Of a stretch of DNA of 37,868 bases, positions 37,478 through 37,868 are shown piece by piece (within the stretch, counting starts at the first letter, position 1; every line of letters begins with the position of its first letter). Origin of the DNA: a virus; the IMG/VR virus record IMGVR_UViG_3300023223_000189, positions 1-37,868 of that record, one strand, 5' to 3'. The translations under genes and the position numbers were made by a program. The notes beneath the pieces were generated by a model. The model saw only the letters and a list, made by a program, of their open reading frames with translations. It was not told the DNA's origin and made no database searches.

Positions 37478-37868
37478 TTTGTGCCACCTTTTCGTCAGTC
37501 CAGCGCTCGCCGTTGAGGTACGTCGTAGGGTGCATTTCTGCAAAACCCAGTTGATTAAGATTCAGTCTGTCTTCCACATCTCGACACAGCATTGTCGTGA
37601 AGTCGTAAATCGTCGGCCCATGCTCATTGGTTTTTGATTTTAAGATCCTGTTGAACAGTGCCGCTGATTTCTTCTTGTTCACCTTTCGAATGCCAGATTT
37701 CCAGAACTGATCAAAGCAGCGATCAAGCTCGTCTTGAGCTAATCTCTTTTCTTTACCACTATCACTATCACTCTTACTATCACTCTTACTAACACTATCG
37801 GCTTTTCTGGGTTCCTTTGTGTTCCCAGATAACCCAGTGGGTTCTTTTGGGTTACTTGGTCTTCCGCC
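37224..37868 (-). CDS. Replication initiator (O-like), C-terminal part. 37725-37868 duplicates 1-144; the full protein is about 290 aa.
   Basis: In-frame continuation DRCFDQFWKSGIRKVNKKKSAALFNRILKS...HPTTYLNGERWTDE, motifs typical of phage replication-initiator C-domains. The last ~84 codons overlap the P-like gene and look low-complexity. Confidence 0.6.
   Translation of the reverse strand, partial: GGRPSNPKEPTGLSGNTKEPRKADSVSKSDSKSDSDSGKEKRLAQDELDRCFDQFWKSGIRKVNKKKSAALFNRILKSKTNEHGPTIYDFTTMLCRDVEDRLNLNQLGFAEMHPTTYLNGERWTDEKVAQNAGHQQPNQKRPSMDIAREARERDAAAFRGMGPSPRGQGSGNVVMDGQHVLEQVDRPMGADDQPGWDGQRGIPRLVSCDQKTEG
37725..37868. repeat. Terminal overlap: second copy of bases 1-144
   Basis: Same 144-nt string as the window start. 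Unique genome length is therefore 37,724 bp. Confidence 0.95.

Noticed and set aside
36935-37543. Longer start (37543) for the P-like gene
   Set aside because: The first 22 codons (MQKCTLRRTSTASAGLTKRWHK) overlap conserved initiator sequence out of frame. ATG 37477 has an AAGGTGG Shine-Dalgarno.
1-37868. The 144-bp terminal repeats as IS/LTR-like mobile-element ends
   Set aside because: The repeat lies inside a continuous reading frame and the gene order is that of one intact phage. Circular-assembly overlap explains it better.
1-37868. tRNA genes, CRISPR arrays, integrase/attP
   Set aside because: Scanning the intergenic regions by eye, I saw no T-loop-like GGTTCGAATCC-type elements, no regularly spaced direct repeats, and no tyrosine- or serine-recombinase-like ORF. 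This is a visual scan only. tRNAscan-SE and HMM searches would be decisive.

Overview
The window is a complete, circularly closed tailed-phage genome. Bases 1-144 are identical to 37725-37868, so the unique length is 37,724 bp. It looks podovirus-like, with P22-type tail-machine and packaging genes.

Two divergent transcription arms leave an ~820-bp ORF-free control region (2366-3184) and converge at ~14.59 kb.

Rightward arm (3185-14587, + strand):
- winged-helix protein and ParB-like protein
- two peptide deformylase paralogs flanking an inverted 5-gene HTH cassette
- Rad52-like annealase plus a DnaQ-like exonuclease
- a TTG-start CsrA homolog that is absent from the ORF track
- NinG/Rap and YopX
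- a lysis cassette: GTA-type holin, three small membrane ORFs, an HslV-like Ntn hydrolase and an M15 peptidase endolysin

Leftward arm (2365 down across the window junction to 14605, - strand):
- Lar-like restriction-alleviation protein, zinc-ribbon proteins and an AP2-domain protein
- Cro-like HTH and O-like/P-like replication genes; the O-like gene crosses the junction and carries iteron-like repeats
- a small SSB-like protein ending in DIPF
- terS, terL, portal, scaffold and major capsid
- gp10-like tail hub, a fiber, ejection-protein-like genes and a beta-helix tailspike
- a terminator-bracketed lipoprotein gene

I saw no integrase, CI-type repressor, tRNA or CRISPR array by eye.

Most interesting observations:
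- the duplicated minimal deformylases around an inverted regulatory cassette
- the hidden phage CsrA
- the proteasome-type (HslV-like) hydrolase inside the lysis cassette
- the long non-coding control region with an orphan intrinsic terminator
- a promoter-plus-terminator-delimited candidate sRNA

All homology calls come from motif recognition by eye, not from database searches.
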